Origin: Eledone cirrhosa
Lineage: Eukaryota
Assembly: GCA_964016885.1 (NCBI GenBank)
Contig: OZ024740.1
Coordinates: 152,706,001 to 152,770,000, forward strand
DNA length: 64,000 bases
Direction of reading: 5' to 3'
Made by a program: the position numbers and the translations under genes. Positions 58,500 through 64,000 of this stretch are shown piece after piece. Position 1 is the stretch's first letter; every line of letters starts with the position of its first letter. The notes below the pieces were generated by a model, which saw only the letters and a program-made list of their open reading frames with translations, was not told where the DNA came from and ran no database searches.

Positions 58500-60448
58500 G
58501 TGAGTGAACTTTACTTTGTAATTTTTGTGTTAAGTAAGCATTATGAATTCGAAATAAATTAATAAATGATTGTTGTTGCTACATGTATACATCTAGCTCA
58601 GTTGTTCTCTGGCATTTTGGTCGTATTCTTCCCCTAGGTTTCCTGAATTCTTCCCCCATTTTGAATTGTCATTTAGGAATTTACCACTCTAACACCATAT
58701 TAACATAAGCAAGCTTTCCAAGCCTCAATAACTGTATAATTCTAAATGGGATTAAGTTTGAAGCAGTAGTTTATGTGAACTGCTAGTTCGTAATTAAGCT
58801 CATATTTTTGTACATGGTGTTTACAATTAGATATATATATACATTATACACTATTCTTTCCCAGTTTGGATTCCATCCCAATATCTTCCTTGGATAAAAT
58901 TTCTCCGCTGGGAGCCACGAACCACACGTTTGAGAACCACTGGTCTAGATCAGTTTATACATATGGCAATTTAGCTTGTCTTAGTCAAAGCAACGACTTG
59001 TTGCAACTGGTTGCAACAAGTCACATCTCTCAGACAGAGTAAAAAGGGAACGTCTATATTCGAAAAAGCTATATATTTGAAAATTAAAAGCTAGAAATTT
59101 GAAAATTAAAATGATAACGTATGTTGTTGTTAGGCCTTTTCCGGTGCCGACGATGAGTGTTCGAATAACGAAACAGCTTTCTCGTGAAAATACAGTGCAA
59201 GTCACTAAACAGCCTACAGGCATGTATACACTTAGCGTCGTTCTCAGGGAGATCCAACGTGACATAGTTTATCACAAAGCCATCCCTTTGAATAACAAGT
59301 ACATCTCATGTTTTGCCAATTGAGTGGACTGGAGCAACATTAATATATTGTTTTGCTCTAAGACTCTACGTGCCGCCGGGAATTGAAGTAATGACTTAAC
59401 GATAGGATACTGAACACCCTACCCACCAAGCCTCCATAAATAATTAATAAAGTCGGTGTCTCGTGAGATCAGAACTCATTTAGTTAACGAATATCATCTC
59501 AATTTGATCAGTGAGTTGACAGAGTCTTTAAATCATCAGATAAAATAATATGACGTATTTGTTCTAGCTCTCTGTGTTCTCAGTTCAAATCTCGTCGAGG
59601 TCAACGTTGCCTCTATTCCTTTCGGAGTGGATAAAACGCATTAGTGGAGTTTTTCCGCCACTTTGTGTTCTGTAGTCAATTTCCACCTAGGGATTCAAAT
59701 CCTATCAATGGCCAGAACTAATCACCTGACAGTTGACAGTTGATTATGAAAGCTGAAATAGGAGAAGGACTGTAGTCTTCAGCTACTACAATCACACGAT
59801 AATCATGTTGATGCATCACATATTCTTCATAATCGCTTTAAAAAGAATCTCTGTGATCCGTCTTTATCTGCCATATAAATCTACAATACCGTGAAAGTAA
59901 GAATGGTGGAAGAATTAAGAGAAAATGTCACTAGAAGTGCAGTATGAGCAACTCCTGGAATCAGTCTTCAGTGATCTGATGGTACTAATGATGAAACGAG
60001 AAGAGAAATTAATTATAACAAAGGCTAAATAGCAAAACATTTGTGAATACGTCTTTACCAAGAATATTTGGTATATATATATATATATATATATATAGTT
60101 ATATTTGGGGAGGGTCATATTGTTGTAATAATATTGCCAGAGTTAATAACAGAACACACTCACTGTTTGGTTGGTTTTCGCTTCTGTATCTTTTATATCA
60201 GTTAATTCATTCGGTCCTCAATGTTACCATTGACTGACCAACGGTAAAAAATACAGATTTAATATAGACACAAACACATATATATAGTCTAACAAAGTTC
60301 TTTCGTTGCACATCTGCAACATCGTCAGTGGTGCTATTATTATGTTCCTCCTGTTGTATTCTTACCAGCTAAGTGGACTGGAGAAACCTAAAATTAAGTT
60401 TCTTGCTCAAAAACACTACGCGCTGCCGGAAATCGAACTCACGACCTT

Positions 60449-60493
<45 letters not shown>

Positions 60494-60859
60494 TTATATG
60501 CAGTACGTGTTATAGAAAATCGTATTTTCAAAATTGATGGCGTAGATATACAATACAACAGGAGGAACATAATAGCACCACTGACGATGTTGCAGATGTG
60601 CAACGAAAGAACTTTGTTAGACTACATATATGTGTTTGTGTCTATATTATATCTATATTTTTTACCGTTGGTCAATCAATGGTAAACATTGAGGACCGAA
60701 TGAATTAACTGATATAAAAGATACAGAAGCGAAAACCAACCAAACAGTGAGTGTGTTCTGTTATTAATTCTGGCAATATTATTCCAACAATATGACCCTC
60801 CCCAAATATAACAATATTTGTTTCGACACACGATTTCATATCAAAAACCTCGCAAAACA

Positions 60860-60946
<87 letters not shown>

Positions 60947-61089
60947 CCAAAGATTAATATGGTTCATTGATTACTCAATGAATATAGTTTTACAATAGAT
61001 TAAAAGCACTCTACAGTGACGTTTTCTGGAGTTATTAATATTATTCAAAATATTAATAAATGAAGACGTTTACATAATCAAAATATATG

Positions 61090-61151
61090 TTTTATTATAT
61101 ATATTTCGGAGGTACTATGCTGTTTTTTCAGTACGTCCTCGTCAGATAAAA
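61090..61151 (-). ncRNA. Type I hammerhead ribozyme
   Basis: Minus strand TTTTAT-CTGACGA-GGAcGTACT...AGTACcTCC-GAAA-TATATA-TA-ATAAAA. Confidence 0.72.
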
Positions 61152-61425
61152 TACATGAATTGATGTATGACATACCTCAACTGTCTTGATGGTTCAATTC
61201 CAGTATTGGCAGTGATTTATTACTACAAATCTCAATATTTATATACTACAAATAATAACATGATAAACTTAAATATGATGAAGAAGAGGCTGTGGAGCGA
61301 GATATAAGTATAAGGAGGGGGTGAGTATGAGAAAATGTAAGAAGAAATAAATAAACACATACATACATAAATATTTAAATGCGTAAATATCCGTGTTAGG
61401 GAAGAAAAAGAAAGAGATAGATAGA

Positions 61426-61488
<63 letters not shown>

Positions 61489-62149
61489 GGGGAAAGATGT
61501 AACTACAAAAAGGAAACAAAGAAAGAAAGAAAGAGACATGATGCGTTGTTTTCAAATATTAAGTCAAATAGAAGCGACCAATTAAATACCATGAAATGTT
61601 TTAATATCTTTTGTATTTGGTTATGTTTAAGCTAATTATACTAATATATTATATCAAAATTAAACAATCTAAAATATTTTCTATAATAATCAGAAGCATA
61701 GTTTAATTAATATATATATTAAATATTTTGTTACAAAATTCAAAAACATTTTTATCTATAAAGCAAGTTTACATACCTATTAAATATGTATAAGGATATT
61801 TATCACAACTTATGCGCATATCACCATTAGTATATGCATTTTATATAATGTTTAGAATTATTATCTGAATTATTCTTTTTTCATTATAAAAACAGTTCAA
61901 TTCATTTAAATCATGTTAAATATACATTATTAATCCATATGGATAGAACGAAAATTAATTACGAAGAATGTAAACAAAGGAAGATAATCCGTACAACTTA
62001 TGTGATCATTTATATTATCTAATTGCTTTGAAAGCCAAAAGATATTTCAAACCGCAAATTCAGAAATTTCTAGTTATACAATGACCATTCTAAATCCGAA
62101 CTTAGGATACTGAGTCACATCATGAGATTAATTTACTATATAAAAACGA

Positions 62150-63206
62150 AATTAATTTACTATATAAAAAAAAAGGTCTTAATTTTAAAAGAATTGAGAA
62201 AAAAATTACAGAAAAGCCCTGAGTGAAGATCTATTGGATATCAATAAATTTGAAATTATCACCAATCTCGGAATAGAACGGAAGACCGAACCTTTCATAC
62301 CAAGGCAACCACGGATAAATTTTAAAGACCATAAAAGAAATTTCGAAGAGGACTTACCTGTTAGACTTATTGCACCTTCGAAGTCAGAGCTTGGAATAAT
62401 TAGTAAAAACATAATAGATAGGATTTTGCGAACGTTAAAATTGAGGTCAAGGCTTAACTTATGGAAGGACACTAGTGAAGTCATAGATTGGTTCAATAAT
62501 ATCGAAAATAAGACAAATCATGAATTCATTCAAATGGACATAGCGAGTTATTACTCCTCAATAACTCCTAACCTTTTTAATAAGGCGCTTTCATATCTAG
62601 TGACGAGATTAATATTATTTTAACGGCAAGGCAACCTTGATTGACTTTAATAATGATTTTTGGACTCGTTCGGATAGGCAGAAAAATTTCGACATTACTA
62701 TGGGCTCGTCCGGTTCGGCGCAAGTTACCGATCTTGTGGGAATTTTCATCCCTAATATGATAAATAGAAAACTGCCGGAGATTACCGGTGGTTTATATGG
62801 AGATGACATATTATTTACTGTAGTTAAACATAATAATAGCGAATTAAATAGAGTAAAGAAAGTAATTATAGAATTCTTTAAAAATTACGACCTGAAATTA
62901 GAAGTAGAAAATAACAATAAAATAGTTAACTTTTTAGACGTAACCCTTAATTTAAACTCAGGCCTTTATTACCCTTTCCATAAACTCAATGAAAACCTAA
63001 ATTATGTTAGCTCTTACTCTAATCATCCTAAAAGTGCTTAAAATGCAATAGTCAATAGCGTCCAACAACGAATATCCAGATTATCTGCTAACAGATCCAT
63101 TTTTAATAGTAAAGCTGGATATTATAATGAAGCGTTACATAAAGCAGGATGCAAAAATAATATTGAATATGTAGAAAAAATAATATTAATTATAAACACA
63201 ATATTC

Positions 63207-63242
<36 letters not shown>

Positions 63243-63530
63243 CTGACTGTAAAAATAACAACTTGAGGAATAAATCGGGGAAAAAAATTAGGACTAGATC
63301 TATAATTTGGTATGCCCCACCAGCATCTTTAGCTATTAAAACACCTTTAGCACATTTATTTTTAAAAGCCTTGGATAAATGTTTCCCTAGATCACATAAG
63401 TATTATTCTATCTTCAATAGACACACAGTTAAACTCTCTTATTCAACAACTATGAATATTGCTCAAAATATTGCAAAAATTAATAGCAAAATTCTTAATT
63501 CGAACCAGCATATAAGTAGCGATAATAACA
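62150..63530 (+). pseudogene. Penelope-like (probably Naiad-type) reverse transcriptase, disrupted
   Basis: VRLIAPSKSELGIISK, FIQMDIASYYSSIT, FDITMGSSGSAQVTDLVG, LYGDD, VNFLDVTLNL, SNHPK, IIWYAPP, IFNRHTVKLSYS; frameshifts; no GIY-YIG seen within the window. Confidence 0.85.
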
Positions 63531-64000
63531 ATAATAATAATAATAATACATTAGTTAATGTGACTAACAATAACAATAGTTTAAATACGATTGGCCACAA
63601 GAGCCGACATATAGGGGACAATACAAAAGACTGGGACAGTGGGGTTTTACAGAAAAATCGAGTAAACAATATGAATAACAATAACAAAGTAACAATAAAA
63701 ATACAAGAAAATTCCCCAATAGGGGGGATGACGACCCAGGGTTTGCTCAGGTACCCCACCAATCCTGAACGACTCGACGCTTCGAGAGCACCCTGGTAGG
63801 GTACCCCTCTCCTCCTCAAATTTACCCACCTACGGGCGCATGACCAGAGTAGACCCTCTCACACGGGCCATTCGCGCCACATTCACCCACCTTTCAGAAA
63901 ATGTACTGGGGGGCAGCACTTCTCTCTCCACCCTCACCTTCCTTTCCAAGTGAAACTTGAAAAAGTTGATGAGGGATTGGCCGAAGAGAAAAGTGTCTGT

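Overview
AT-rich, microsatellite-saturated eukaryotic DNA, most likely an octopus or other coleoid cephalopod (inferred from the SINE family and the very long (TA)n tracts). Almost all ORF-track entries are microsatellite artefacts. Real coding remnants are transposon-derived: a CR1/L2-type LINE RT fragment, a decayed Helitron helicase, an RTE 3' end, two R4/Dong-like RLE retrotransposons next to (AAT)n, a Penelope-like (probably Naiad-type) RT and a PLE GIY-YIG C-terminus. One likely host exon encodes a signal peptide (58411-58499). The main signal is RNA-level. A non-coding 591-bp unit is repeated about 4.2 times and then about 2.4 times inverted (4844-8754) inside a (TA)n tract. Each unit carries a type I hammerhead ribozyme with a compensatory U3-A8 core (UUGAUAA), a branched stem II and a palindromic stem III, which makes it a retrozyme-like element. 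About a dozen further minimal hammerheads from several Penelope-type families lie in other (TA)n islands. Nearly all inverted insertions share one polarity, with 5' ends meeting in the middle and 3' ends running out into TA repeats. All structures were folded by eye; no database or folding software was used.
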